Virus record (IMG/VR): IMGVR_UViG_3300025718_000001
Location: 1 to 64,000 of that record
DNA: 64,000 nt
From: a virus
Direction: 5' to 3' (one strand)
Shown here: positions 1 through 9,708 of the stretch, one piece after another
How positions within the stretch are numbered: the first letter of the stretch is position 1
Layout: each line of letters begins with the position of its first letter
The notes under the pieces: model-generated
What the model saw: only the letters and a program-made list of their open reading frames with translations
What the model was told of the DNA's origin: nothing
The model's database searches: none
Made by a program: the position numbers and the translations under genes

Positions 1-206
1 AAATAAATTGTTGTGTCGCTATCATTTTGAAATGAAGCATATTTTCGACTTGCATTGGCGGCTAAGGCTAATCCTGATGCCACACCTGTAGTTACAGCTG
101 TCGGAGTTACGTTCGTTAAACTCCCAGTAAGCGTCACTGATATCGTTCCATCTTCGTTTATATTTAATCTATGGTCATCTTTATCCATGATTTGAGTTAC
201 ACTCAT
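1..206 (-). CDS. hypothetical virion-module protein, N-terminal part only (ORF runs off the left edge)
   Basis: ATG at 206 overlaps the upstream TGA (ATGA at 203-206). Frame is open to position 1 (MSVTQIMDKDDHRLNINEDGTISVTLTG...). Confidence 0.5.
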   Translation of the reverse strand, partial: MSVTQIMDKDDHRLNINEDGTISVTLTGSLTNVTPTAVTTGVASGLALAANASRKYASFQNDSDTTIY

Positions 207-409
207 TCAGAAACACCTCCAATATTTGTTTCAATTTCTGTTTGTTCTATCTTCTTCGGTTTTGCACTCCTCACTTTAGGCTTCTTTTTAGTCGCTGTAT
301 CCCTAGCTATCGGATGCAGTGATTTATTGAGTTGCCTTAGTTCGCTGAGAATGCAAAAGAGAAGTTGGTCTGTTTTATTGAATAGATCGTCTGGATTAAT
401 ATTGAACAT
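203..409 (-). CDS. small basic hypothetical protein (68 aa)
   Basis: Track ORF 203..421. The internal ATG at 409 follows GGAGGT plus 6 nt; the stop is coupled to the next start. Confidence 0.5.
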   Translation of the reverse strand: MFNINPDDLFNKTDQLLFCILSELRQLNKSLHPIARDTATKKKPKVRSAKPKKIEQTEIETNIGGVSE

Positions 410-422
410 AGATACCTCCAAA

Positions 423-446
423 GGAAAAGAGGCCCGAAGGCCCCCT
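423..446 (-). terminator. intrinsic terminator after the beta-helix gene
   Basis: Minus strand reads GGGGCC-TTCG-GGCCTC followed by TCTTTTCCTTT. Confidence 0.6.
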
Positions 447-450
447 AGTT

Positions 451-1386
451 TTAAGTTAAGGTTATAATTGGCACATACATTGTCTTTCCGTCTCCGTTAC
501 CTGTTGCAAGATTACCAACGCAACGAGTTACCGAGAGATCAAATGATGCCGAATGATTAGCAGCACTAATCCAGCGGTTATTGATGACCATGAATAAATC
601 TGAGTTTTCATCAATTGCAAGCGTGGTACAATCGATGAAGTTGTCAGCAATAAGGCCACCACCCGTTACCCCGTTTACAGCGACCACAATTCCAACCGCT
701 GCCCTAATATCATTACCAACAATTCGAGCATTGATATTCGTGCTAGTACCCGCGATCTCGAAACCTACCAATTGTTTAGCGGTTCCATCACCAGTTCCAT
801 AAACCCTACATCCCTCAATGCGAAGGTCTACATTGTTTGTTGAAAGCAATGCCTTAGTAGTTGTTCCATTACCCAAGAAGTCGCAATTGATAAATACTGC
901 TCCGTGGTTTCCTGCCGCAAGCGTGACTGTTGCAGCTGCCGTTACATTTTGAAATGCCATATTAATCCAACGACATCCCATGGCCTCAACTGTCGGGGCC
1001 TGTACGCCGATAAGTTTAGCCTTTGCTAAGAAATCTGTATTGCCAACTCCGATAATGTCCGTCTTTTCAGGGAAACGTGTGAGACTTTCCGTGTATGCCC
1101 CACCATTGATAAATAGCAGGTTTCGACGATCCCAATGGTTTGATTTGGCGATATCATCGTCAGCGAGCGCGATACCTGCCGCGACTGTTTTTACTGCCGT
1201 TTCCCAACTTAGACCATCGTTCGAGTTTGACCCTGCATTACCGTCAACATAGAAGGCTGTGCCGCGCCCGATTGCTGCATAGTTTATTTTTCCATATTTG
1301 TCTATGACCTGTAGCTCACTACCTGGTTCCCCTACTGCATAACCTAAATTTACAGAAGATACTCCGTCTGAATGGGAATAACTCAT
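451..1386 (-). CDS. right-handed parallel beta-helix protein; candidate head fibre or depolymerase
   Basis: Repeated PbH1-like turns (FINCDFLGNG, LRIEGCRVYG, RIVGNDIR, LIADNFIDC). Sits directly downstream of the capsid gene. Confidence 0.6.
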   Translation of the reverse strand: MSYSHSDGVSSVNLGYAVGEPGSELQVIDKYGKINYAAIGRGTAFYVDGNAGSNSNDGLSWETAVKTVAAGIALADDDIAKSNHWDRRNLLFINGGAYTESLTRFPEKTDIIGVGNTDFLAKAKLIGVQAPTVEAMGCRWINMAFQNVTAAATVTLAAGNHGAVFINCDFLGNGTTTKALLSTNNVDLRIEGCRVYGTGDGTAKQLVGFEIAGTSTNINARIVGNDIRAAVGIVVAVNGVTGGGLIADNFIDCTTLAIDENSDLFMVINNRWISAANHSASFDLSVTRCVGNLATGNGDGKTMYVPIITLT

Positions 1387-1400
1387 TTTGCAACCTCCTT

Positions 1401-1432
1401 AAATAAATAAGGAGAGGCGTTTTGCCCCTCCT
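1401..1432 (-). terminator. intrinsic terminator after the major capsid gene
   Basis: Minus strand AGGAGGGGC-AAAAC-GCCTCTCCT followed by TTATTTATTT. Confidence 0.6.
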
Positions 1433-1501
1433 AGAATCCTTTGATTGATAACACATTTGATACCGAAATACGATATTATTACTGTCGGCACGTTAAGCTA
1501 A

Positions 1502-2407
1502 TTATTGAGCCTGATGACCGTAGCACCAGTACCATTCGTCAAAGTTGAAGCTCCAAAGCCCCACCTCTTTATAACTGACAACCTCAGTATTGAAATTATC
1601 TTCGTATTCCAACTTAGGAATACGGTTGTTGTACCAATTAAGAAAGATGTTCATCAGGTCAGGATCGACAAGCATCCATTTTTTGCCTTCGATACCAGGA
1701 ATATAAAGATAGTCTAGCTCATCATTCCATACGTTGATCGTGTTATCGCCAGAATAAGGAACCTTGTCGCTGCCAACAATCTCCTTAGCCTTGACCCGAT
1801 AATGGTCACCAACGAGTAAGAGACGCGGGTTAACACCCAATTTATTCCCGCGATCATCAACGAATCGATGCATCGCAGTAACAGTAGTTTCAATATTAGT
1901 CGGGGTTAGCGCAAGGACACCAGCGTTTCCCTGTGTGTCAGCAGCGTTGTCAGGGGAATAAGGATGACCAGTGGCTCCGGCGAGCGCACATAAAGGTTTG
2001 CCGTCTGAACCCAAGAATGCAGTGTCGAACGCATTATTGAATACACTGTATGCGTGTTCTTGCTTGGTATTGTGTGCGCTAATGGCAAGCAGTTTCGTAG
2101 TCTTTTCAAGATGTTGCTTATATTCATTGTTGTCGAATATTTCTCTTTCAAACTGCAAGCCATCGCTATATTTCTGATGGCGATATGTCGTTTCCCATCG
2201 TTTTCCGATAGTATCATAGTTGACTTGGCCTGTCCACTTCTTCATAAGACCAATGCCACCGATACCAAAATGCTTTTCTTGGCTACGTTTAGATGTGGCT
2301 ACGTTGAATAGTTTCGGAACATAGTCCTTTAATTTCGATTGCTGAATATCATAGACGGTTTGCAGAACGCCTTCTAGTTCCATAAAATTCTCACGTGTTA
2401 AAGTCAT
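1502..2407 (-). CDS. major capsid protein (HK97-fold type, inferred)
   Basis: 301 aa, positioned after the scaffold and decoration-like genes. Flanked by terminators and preceded by a strong SD (AAGAGGAG). Confidence 0.75.
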   Translation of the reverse strand: MTLTRENFMELEGVLQTVYDIQQSKLKDYVPKLFNVATSKRSQEKHFGIGGIGLMKKWTGQVNYDTIGKRWETTYRHQKYSDGLQFEREIFDNNEYKQHLEKTTKLLAISAHNTKQEHAYSVFNNAFDTAFLGSDGKPLCALAGATGHPYSPDNAADTQGNAGVLALTPTNIETTVTAMHRFVDDRGNKLGVNPRLLLVGDHYRVKAKEIVGSDKVPYSGDNTINVWNDELDYLYIPGIEGKKWMLVDPDLMNIFLNWYNNRIPKLEYEDNFNTEVVSYKEVGLWSFNFDEWYWCYGHQAQ

Positions 2408-2426
2408 ATAATTTCACTCCTCTTAA

Positions 2427-2458
2427 ATTAAATAAAGCCCCCTGAATCAGAGAGCTTT
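2427..2458 (-). terminator. hairpin plus T-tract between the decoration-like and capsid genes
   Basis: Minus strand AAAGCTCTCTG-att-CAGGGGGCTTT (includes G.U pairs) followed by ATTTAATTT. Confidence 0.5.
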
Positions 2459-2484
2459 CACAAATATTAAATGCGCCCTAAATA

Positions 2485-3162
2485 TTAGAGCGCACCAGCA
2501 CCAGTTCCGAATTGATGCAGTCTCAGCTTCCAGAAGGACAATTTAAGTTCTGGTTGAGCATCTACAAGTTGAAGAACCTCGCCGCCCGAAGTATCCCAAT
2601 CAACATCTGTTCCATCAGAAGTCAAATCCCAGCCATATGAACCGATTGCCAATGGTCCAGGATGCAGATATGCAGTATCGCCAGAAGCGAAGGCAGCGGT
2701 CTGTGTAGCGAAGGTAATCGTCCCACCCGAACCCGTAGAATCTGTAATTGGAATCATAGCTCCGGCAAGCGAAGGGTCAGCGGCGCATGTTACAACTTCA
2801 AGCCGCCCGCCAATCCAGAGGTTATCAGTTGTTGGTAGGAGTCCGGCCACAACGAATGTGGTTGCACTACCGCCGGTTGCAGTAATGATGTTCGTGGTAC
2901 GTAGGGCAAATACAGCAGTAGGACTACAAGAAACTTTAATCTCTACCCCCACTTCTCTGCCCGCCGAAACTCCATTATGTCTTTCACTTGCAACCCCCAT
3001 AGCAGGGTCGTCGAAGTCCGTTCCTGCCACCGCCGCAATTCCTACCGCTGGAGTCGCTAATACAATCTCACCTTTTTCGATTACAGTGCCAGTAGCGATG
3101 GGGAATGGTTTCAGGATCTCAGTCGGGGAAGCATCGTCATACGCAAACTTAAAATATGCCAT
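2485..3162 (-). CDS. putative head decoration/cement protein
   Basis: 225 aa, rich in G, A and T residues. Lies between the scaffold and capsid genes; no enzymatic motif seen. Confidence 0.4.
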   Translation of the reverse strand: MAYFKFAYDDASPTEILKPFPIATGTVIEKGEIVLATPAVGIAAVAGTDFDDPAMGVASERHNGVSAGREVGVEIKVSCSPTAVFALRTTNIITATGGSATTFVVAGLLPTTDNLWIGGRLEVVTCAADPSLAGAMIPITDSTGSGGTITFATQTAAFASGDTAYLHPGPLAIGSYGWDLTSDGTDVDWDTSGGEVLQLVDAQPELKLSFWKLRLHQFGTGAGAL

Positions 3163-3165
3163 TTG

Positions 3166-4230
3166 TTAGCTCACTCCTTTTGATTTTTTGAATAATGCAG
3201 GGTTAGACCTCTTCGCAACTTCCTTCGGGTCAACACCGAATTCTTTCGCGAACTTGATCTGCCCAGGGGTTAATCTCTCTTCCGGTTTCTTCTCAGACTT
3301 GTTCGTCTCAACCGACTTCTTACTCCGGTCAACGATGTTTGCAGTAGTTCTCTTTTCAACAAGCGACTTCTCCTGCTGGGCAATCTTTTCGCCATTGACT
3401 AACCGAAACGCCTCATCCATCGTCAGGCCATTGTTCGCAATTAATCCAACGATTTTAGGATCAAGGACCTGCAGCAACTCGTCAAAACTCTTCGCTTCGG
3501 GAACCAACTCGCCATACTTTCCTTTGAGAACTTTGTGTTGTTCGAGAAGGATTTTTTGTCCTTCACTGATAGATTGTTCCCGCTGTAGGCGTTCCTGTTC
3601 TTTCTGCGCTTTCTGTTGATCCGCTTCCGTTTGATTGAGTCGTTGTTGAAGGGTTTCGAGTTGTTGCTGAGTTGTTAAGGCTACTTCCTGTGCTTTAAGC
3701 CATTCAACAACTACTCTCTCGTCATAACCAGCATCACGCATCTGTTGTGCCATATCGATATGACTTTGACGCTGATCATTTACTCTTGCTTGTAACTGTT
3801 CCTGGGATTGTTTTTCAACTTCCTGACGATACTTCGCTAAGTCATCATGGCCGAATTGCTTTTTCTGCCATTCCTTTTGCTCGTTGAGTTCCTTTTCGAG
3901 TTGTACTGCTCTTTCTTCCGCTACCCTTGTTCTCTTAAAGGCGGCATCAACTTCAACTGATTGCTTGCTTGTCCGTTCCTCCTTGACTTCTTCGGTTTTG
4001 ACTTCCTCTGCAACTTCTTCCACAGTTTCTTCGGTTGACTCTTCCGCTTCATCGACTTCTTCCGTGGATTCTTCTGCAACTTCTTCTTCATCACCTACGG
4101 AAAAACTAAGACTTGCAAATGGGTCTGCTACCGTTTCAGCGTCGGAGCCAGCGACCTCTCCTGCTACTTCACTTCCGCTTATGTCACTTTCGGGAGCATA
4201 GAATGGGTTACGATTAAATGGTATGAACAT
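3166..4230 (-). CDS. capsid scaffolding protein
   Basis: 354 aa with an acidic E-rich N-terminus and long Q/E/K coiled-coil stretches. Located between portal and capsid. Confidence 0.7.
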   Translation of the reverse strand: MFIPFNRNPFYAPESDISGSEVAGEVAGSDAETVADPFASLSFSVGDEEEVAEESTEEVDEAEESTEETVEEVAEEVKTEEVKEERTSKQSVEVDAAFKRTRVAEERAVQLEKELNEQKEWQKKQFGHDDLAKYRQEVEKQSQEQLQARVNDQRQSHIDMAQQMRDAGYDERVVVEWLKAQEVALTTQQQLETLQQRLNQTEADQQKAQKEQERLQREQSISEGQKILLEQHKVLKGKYGELVPEAKSFDELLQVLDPKIVGLIANNGLTMDEAFRLVNGEKIAQQEKSLVEKRTTANIVDRSKKSVETNKSEKKPEERLTPGQIKFAKEFGVDPKEVAKRSNPALFKKSKGVS

Positions 4231-4302
4231 TGGACACCTCCGCGTTTTCCCTCGCCAGGGTATTACGCCTTAAAGTCAGCGAACTCTCGCGATAAATGGA
4301 TA

Positions 4303-4326
4303 TAAAAAAAGAACCTTTGCGGTTCG
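4303..4326 (-). terminator. short hairpin plus T7 tract
   Basis: Minus strand GAACC-gcaaa-GGTTC followed by TTTTTTT. Confidence 0.45.
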
Positions 4327-4400
4327 TCAGTTTGTCAATATTGAGTTAGTGCAAGGGCATCAACTCCTTTAATTCCGTCCACGGTTGAAACGTGGTCGAA

Positions 4401-4679
4401 TCAGCAGCCTTTTCCATTGCCGCCCATCTTTCCTTGTCCTTTGCCGCCCATGCCTTTACCCTTGCCTTTTCCAGGTCCAGCCATCTTAGCCATTTCCATT
4501 TTGTTGCTCATTTTACCCATCTCAGGTTTCTTGCCGACTTCTTTCATCGGTGCAGTTTTCTTAGCAGGACTCATAGGTGGCGCAGGAAACGGTTTTGTCG
4601 GGTTAGGTTGTTTGCCCTTTTTACCTGCTAGCATTGCTTTAAATGCGTTCTGTGCTGCGGTCTGCTTTGTGCTTGCCAT
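4401..4679 (-). CDS. highly basic K/G/M/P-rich low-complexity protein (92 aa)
   Basis: ATG at 4679 follows GGTGGA plus 4 nt and comes just after the upstream TAA. Sequence ends ...GKGKGKGMGGKGQGKMGGNGKGC. Confidence 0.5.
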   Translation of the reverse strand: MASTKQTAAQNAFKAMLAGKKGKQPNPTKPFPAPPMSPAKKTAPMKEVGKKPEMGKMSNKMEMAKMAGPGKGKGKGMGGKGQGKMGGNGKGC

Positions 4680-4680
4680 A

Positions 4681-4929
4681 TTATCCACCATACCTTTCAA
4701 AATTAGCTATAATCATTTGGTCGATGATGTCGCATTGGATATGACCACATATTTCTTGTCTTGTACCAAAGCCAGCATTGAAATATCCTGTCATAACTTC
4801 GCCATCTTTAAGTTTAAATGAAACAACAATCGAATCTATTTCTCTTTCCTTCGCTATATCAAAGGTTTCGATAAGGAATTCGTTAGGACCGTTTGCCTTT
4901 GATTGAGGAAAGTGGACTATTTTAGCCAC
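4681..4929 (-). CDS. hypothetical protein (82 aa)
   Basis: ORF overlaps the portal stop by 8 nt, inside the head module. Confidence 0.6.
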   Translation of the reverse strand: MAKIVHFPQSKANGPNEFLIETFDIAKEREIDSIVVSFKLKDGEVMTGYFNAGFGTRQEICGHIQCDIIDQMIIANFERYGG

Positions 4930-6958
4930 CTGGTTGCCCTCCTTGCCCCTGCGACTCCATTAGTTTTTGAATAATCTGCATCTTAGACTCGTCAGGAGCA
5001 TTTTTAAACGCTTGTTGCTCCTCAGGTGTCATATGCGCTAACGCTTCTTGTACGACTTGCGTTACTTGTTCCTGTGGGTTTGCTTGCCCTTGCGGTTGTT
5101 GCCCTCCTGTAGAACCTCCTGTAGGTCCTCCTGCGCCTTGTGGTGGCATCTGTGGTTGCTGTGGTTGTTGTTCCGCCATCTTAGCCTTCATCTCTTCATC
5201 TAGCCTCTTAAGAACTTCCTCTTTTGGAGGAAACTTGCCCTCTTCCATTGTGTACCAAAAGGATTGCATGTCGATAAGTCCAGCAGGTTTCATCTTGATA
5301 GCAAGGTCGGTGTAGTAATCCCTACTCGTTGGACGCTCATCAGCAAGCTTAACCTTCACGTCCATCTCTGGAATATACTCTTCCATTTCAGCAGGTTTTG
5401 TCTCGTTGCCTTGCTCATCATATTCAGCAGGACTTCTAGGCCAAGTCTTGACCATTTCCTTATTACTGAACGTTCCACTTTGTGATTTCCCCTCGCTACC
5501 TGTTATCCTCCATTGCCTTTCTTCTGTCCAGAACTGAGCTATTCGAGATAATTCAAGCTGTCTAAAATCATTCAGGAAGTCCTCTAGTATCTCAACCTTT
5601 CCCCTTGTGCGAGTGTCAGCCCTATTACCAAGCTCTTTAATAGCAGAGAAGGCAGTAACGCCACCCGGCTTAGTTCCCTGCTGGATAGGAGTGTTTTGTG
5701 AGATTGTTTCAACCATTCTCTGCTTCTGCTCTTTGTAGTTGGCAATTGATGCAGGTATCTTAGGACCTGTTCTTTCACGAATGCCCATAATGTCATTGAC
5801 TTCTAGGACCGCGCCACCTTTAGCGTTTAGGTTTCTATGATCGGCTAATTGTTTTTGACTTAATGCCCCTTTGTTGTAATACATTCCTCCTAGCCCCTCG
5901 ATGGACATTGCTTCTATCTCGATCTCGTCAGCTTTGTTGTGCATGATCTGAGGAATCTTGATATTCCGTATCTCTCCGAATCCCCATTGTGACTTTTCAT
6001 CCTCATACATAACCTTATAGACAAAAGGATACAGGCCGTCATCATAAACATAAGGGATATATTCAAGGAAAACGTCACGCGTGCAGTAGCAAACGTGAAC
6101 TCCATCTAAGGTTCCCTTTGCCATAGATGTAAACATCTCAGCTTTGAACGAATCTGGATTTGCACTAGGAGGGTTATAGTCCTGCGCCTTTTGCTTGAAG
6201 TGTTGAACCCATTCGTCAGGGACCATCTTAGGCTTGCCCTTTGTCCATCGTTCGATGAGAGTTGCCTGCCCTGCATCTAATCCTTCTTGGTCAACAGTAT
6301 CCATGTCCTGCTCGACATACTCACCCTTGTCTGGCCAACGCTCTTCGAAGTAACTCTTTTTGCGCCTTAGTTTACGGTGAATGTAAGAGCAATCCTGTAG
6401 TCTGTCCTCTAAGTCTGTTATAGCAGGGTCAGGATAGAACTCTTTGCGTTTGATATTGAGTAAGCGCACGTCACCCATCCAACGATTAGGTCCTGAACCT
6501 CCTGTCCATGTGTTATCCCATAGAACTGCACCGATTAGAGGCCCATAACTCAGTCCTTGCAGAACGATCTTTTTCCATACCGCCTTGAATTTGTTCTTAT
6601 ATTCTATAAATTCGATAACAGGTCCAAGTTTCTGAGCAATATCTGTGTCGTTTACTTCGCGCGGTTCTATTGCACAGGTTGGAGTTGTTGCTGTTAGTGC
6701 GCTATGGATATTGATTACAGCTGGCATGACAAAGTTATCTACAGAGTTCGGCCTGATTCTCTTGGCATCCGATGAGCGCCGAGCTATGGATGTATCCCAT
6801 TGATCGCCAATGTACATTTTGTATTCGTCATCCCATATTTGGTCGATATCCGTTCGCATTGATTCTGCGTTCCGTTGGTCCATGACGATTTTAGAGAGCA
6901 GGACGTTTTCTTCTTTGGTATTGGTGTTTATGTTTAAGTCAGGTTTTTCTTTATCCAA
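4922..6958 (-). CDS. portal protein
   Basis: 678 aa, located downstream of terL (a 65-aa ORF lies between) in canonical order. Has a Q/P/G-rich C-terminal tail. Confidence 0.75.
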   Translation of the reverse strand: MDKEKPDLNINTNTKEENVLLSKIVMDQRNAESMRTDIDQIWDDEYKMYIGDQWDTSIARRSSDAKRIRPNSVDNFVMPAVINIHSALTATTPTCAIEPREVNDTDIAQKLGPVIEFIEYKNKFKAVWKKIVLQGLSYGPLIGAVLWDNTWTGGSGPNRWMGDVRLLNIKRKEFYPDPAITDLEDRLQDCSYIHRKLRRKKSYFEERWPDKGEYVEQDMDTVDQEGLDAGQATLIERWTKGKPKMVPDEWVQHFKQKAQDYNPPSANPDSFKAEMFTSMAKGTLDGVHVCYCTRDVFLEYIPYVYDDGLYPFVYKVMYEDEKSQWGFGEIRNIKIPQIMHNKADEIEIEAMSIEGLGGMYYNKGALSQKQLADHRNLNAKGGAVLEVNDIMGIRERTGPKIPASIANYKEQKQRMVETISQNTPIQQGTKPGGVTAFSAIKELGNRADTRTRGKVEILEDFLNDFRQLELSRIAQFWTEERQWRITGSEGKSQSGTFSNKEMVKTWPRSPAEYDEQGNETKPAEMEEYIPEMDVKVKLADERPTSRDYYTDLAIKMKPAGLIDMQSFWYTMEEGKFPPKEEVLKRLDEEMKAKMAEQQPQQPQMPPQGAGGPTGGSTGGQQPQGQANPQEQVTQVVQEALAHMTPEEQQAFKNAPDESKMQIIQKLMESQGQGGQPGG

Positions 6959-6971
6959 TATGTGTCACCTC

Positions 6972-7169
6972 CTAATCGAAGAAGTTTTTAGGTTCCTCCT
7001 GCTTTTCTTTTTTATTAGATAAGGAATCAACGATATTGCTTATGATCGGCATACTAACAGGAGGGCTGCCTTTCTTCGACATCCACCCGAAGTAAAAACC
7101 CGTCCATGTACACGATAAAAAAAATAAGCCTTGAATAATTATCAGTGCTAGGACTTGCCAAAATGTCAT
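6972..7169 (-). CDS. small membrane protein (65 aa)
   Basis: Hydrophobic N-terminal half (WQVLALIIIQGLFFLSCTWTGFYFGW). Lies between terL and portal. Confidence 0.5.
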   Translation of the reverse strand: MTFWQVLALIIIQGLFFLSCTWTGFYFGWMSKKGSPPVSMPIISNIVDSLSNKKEKQEEPKNFFD

Positions 7170-7181
7170 TGTAGTTCCTCC

Positions 7182-8705
7182 TTAGTCGAAGAATGATTCT
7201 GCGTCATCGTCGTAGTCGGTGAAGTTTTCATCGGGGTATTCTCTGTTGTCGTGCTTTTCTAATATGGGGATGATGGAATAAATAAAGCGTTGTAAACCTT
7301 GCGACATTGCGTCTACGGAATCGTCATGCGCCCCATTTGGAAACGCCGCGCACTCTTCGATAAAATCATTCACCCACGGTGCAATAGATGCGTTAGGAAG
7401 GTATACGTTACCTGCTTCTATGAGAGGTGAAATAGCACTTGTTCTAGCCACTTTACTACCCTTTGGATTTACAGCTATTAGCCCGCCAATTTTATGTCTT
7501 AGCATGGAGATTACAGCAGGACCGTTCGCTTTATCTTCAATCAGCTTTGTTCCAGTTTCAGGCCATTTCGCAGACAACGCTTCTATGGATGACATTGTGC
7601 GAGTAAAGTCCATGCGATCCTTTACCTGGTCCAATAGAAAGATATCAGCCCCCCTAATGCCCCATACTTGACCAACCACAAAGTCGGTCCCATCGGAATC
7701 CTTGAACGTGCAATCCCAAGATTGAAGTTGATGCTCTAGGTTCTTAGGAACATCACTATAAAACTTCCACCAATGCCTTTTAAGCATGTTCCCTTCTTGG
7801 CTTGATGGTCTGCCTTGGAACAATGCTGACCACGCTCTTGCTCCCTCTGCAGTCGTGTAGGAAAGCTTAAACTTTGTTAGCCACTTTTTACCTTTTCCTA
7901 TTTCGGGGAATAAAGCATCACCAATTTCCCTGCCTAATGGGTCGTTTTCTTCTGCCTCACACGGTAGGTTTATAACCCGAACATTACTCTTCTCGTCTTT
8001 GATTACCCTTCCTGCTAAATCGTCCTCATGCCACCTAGTCATAATGATAATGACTTTCCCATCCGCGCTAAGGCGAGTTTTGAGACTATTTAGCCATTCT
8101 TCCCACACCCTATCCCTATAAGATGCAAGGTCTGCTTCCTGTCTGTTTTTTATCGGATCGTCGCAGAGGATGAGGTCAGCAGCTTGCCCGGTGATCCCTG
8201 CCATAATACCCCTTGAAATCATACCACCAACATTATTACTTAACTCAAACTCTGTAGAGGCAGAAACCTTTTTACTAATCTCAATTCCGAATAACTTCTT
8301 CCCAAACCGTTCTATCTTCTCCTTGTTACGTCTACCAAAACGTGTGGCTAAATCATCACCGTAACTCGCGCATATAACCTTCTTAGTCGGGAACTTACCC
8401 AAGAACCATGAAGGTAATGTTTCTGTTACTGATTGACTTTTCCCATGTTGAGGCGGCAACTGAAGTATAAGTATTTTCTCATCCATCTTATCCTCAATGA
8501 ACTCTTGAACAGTATTGCAAACATAGATAAGGTGCTTGCTCGGCAACCATCGTTTTTCATGTACATATTCAACATAAGAAACATATCTCCGTCTAGCCAT
8601 CTCTTGCTTTAGAAAGTCCAATGTTGGCAAATCGCTTGCTTTTATTTTCTGCTTTGGTGCAGGTTTAACAATAGCTTCTGCTTTCACTTCTTTTGTTTCT
8701 GCCAT
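7182..8705 (-). CDS. terL: terminase large subunit
   Basis: Walker A PPQHGKS, Walker B LILCDDP, and a C-terminal nuclease-type motif GAHDDSVDAMS. Confidence 0.9.
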   Translation of the reverse strand: MAETKEVKAEAIVKPAPKQKIKASDLPTLDFLKQEMARRRYVSYVEYVHEKRWLPSKHLIYVCNTVQEFIEDKMDEKILILQLPPQHGKSQSVTETLPSWFLGKFPTKKVICASYGDDLATRFGRRNKEKIERFGKKLFGIEISKKVSASTEFELSNNVGGMISRGIMAGITGQAADLILCDDPIKNRQEADLASYRDRVWEEWLNSLKTRLSADGKVIIIMTRWHEDDLAGRVIKDEKSNVRVINLPCEAEENDPLGREIGDALFPEIGKGKKWLTKFKLSYTTAEGARAWSALFQGRPSSQEGNMLKRHWWKFYSDVPKNLEHQLQSWDCTFKDSDGTDFVVGQVWGIRGADIFLLDQVKDRMDFTRTMSSIEALSAKWPETGTKLIEDKANGPAVISMLRHKIGGLIAVNPKGSKVARTSAISPLIEAGNVYLPNASIAPWVNDFIEECAAFPNGAHDDSVDAMSQGLQRFIYSIIPILEKHDNREYPDENFTDYDDDAESFFD

Positions 8706-8721
8706 TGTTTATCATCACCTT

Positions 8722-8895
8722 TCACCAATTGAATTCTGCAAGCAATCCTATCGCTATTGCGCCTTTTTCATCGCCACACTTAACACCATTGAAGAATGAA
8801 CAATTTCCACAGTTAGGTGGTATACCACTTATAAATATGTCGGGGTTTATGTTTGTTCGTTGGTCGAACTTTTTGCAGGAACGGTTTTCTGCCAA
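8722..8895 (-). CDS. small Cys-containing protein (57 aa, below the track cutoff)
   Basis: TTG start follows GGAAGAAGGGG plus 5 nt. Contains the motif CGNCSFFNGVKCG and ends 17 nt before terL. Confidence 0.4.
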   Translation of the reverse strand: MAENRSCKKFDQRTNINPDIFISGIPPNCGNCSFFNGVKCGDEKGAIAIGLLAEFNW

Positions 8896-8931
8896 TTTGG
8901 CCCCTTCTTCCTATGGGATTACATTAAACTA

Positions 8932-9042
8932 TTATTTAAAAATTAGATTAGTGTTTTTAAGGGGACAAAAGCAAGACTTGCATGTGCAACAATCCCTTGT
9001 GGTTGTCGTTGACCTCGCTTCATAGCTACTACATACCATCAT
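8932..9042 (-). CDS. 36-aa Cys-rich peptide (MMVCSSYEARSTTTTRDCCTCKSCFCPL...)
   Basis: ATG follows GGAGG. Six Cys residues. Too short to be sure it is translated. Confidence 0.3.
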   Translation of the reverse strand: MMVCSSYEARSTTTTRDCCTCKSCFCPLKNTNLIFK

Positions 9043-9168
9043 TAAACCTCCTTCGCCCAAACGTTGATTGATACGTTTGACTGTACGTTTTATTATTTAT
9101 AGCTTGGCTGCAACGCTGAGCAACCTTATTTGTGCGGTATTGATGGGTTTTGAGTTGAGAAGAAGGAG

Positions 9169-9708
9169 TTAAAGGGAACTTTTAACAGTTGCATATTTCT
9201 CCAGCACCCATCCCGGCAACACCTTGTCAAGTTGATTCTTGAAGATAAGGTACAGGTTAAGGGGTATCCGGTTAGACCCAAAGAAGTATATCGGATTGAT
9301 ATAATATTGAGTTACCTTTTCCCCGCCTGTCATGACTATTACCTTAGCAATCATACCGACTGTTATCATCTTCCTCATAAATGTCTTGGCCTGGTATGGC
9401 TTTAATCCTACGATGTTTCCTATTTGCTCATCACTATATGACTTAATGCCTCCGTTGCCTCTATATCCTAGCATATTAGTTGTTGACCACATCTTCTTAG
9501 ATAGAGTAGCCATCTGACCTATCTCCTTCATTGTCATAGCCTTTGGAAAGTCAACATCAATAAATGACTTGGCGAAATTCTTCCTTGCCCAAAAGAGATA
9601 ACCCTTCTCATCATGGAACGCTGCGCCTATATACTGCATATTTTCCTTTTCTATAACTCCGGTATCAGTATTAATATATTGGGTTTTCTTAATGATTTTA
9701 TCGCTCAT
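9169..9708 (-). CDS. winged-helix protein resembling the plasmid RepL type (tentative)
   Basis: 179 aa. An HTH-like stretch (IGNIVGLKPYQAKTFMRKMITVGMI) is followed by YYINPIYFFGSN. Inserted between terS and terL. Confidence 0.35.
   Translation of the reverse strand: MSDKIIKKTQYINTDTGVIEKENMQYIGAAFHDEKGYLFWARKNFAKSFIDVDFPKAMTMKEIGQMATLSKKMWSTTNMLGYRGNGGIKSYSDEQIGNIVGLKPYQAKTFMRKMITVGMIAKVIVMTGGEKVTQYYINPIYFFGSNRIPLNLYLIFKNQLDKVLPGWVLEKYATVKSSL

Noticed and set aside
3188-4201. Plus-strand ORFs of 143 and 105 aa inside the scaffold gene
   Set aside because: They are antisense shadows of a compositionally biased E/K/Q-rich gene. They have S/T-rich low complexity, no SD, and conflict with the operon direction.
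4417-4821. 134-aa plus-strand ORF
   Set aside because: It is antisense to the K/G/M-rich gene and the 82-aa gene. It has no SD. The minus-strand frames have proper SDs and start-stop coupling.
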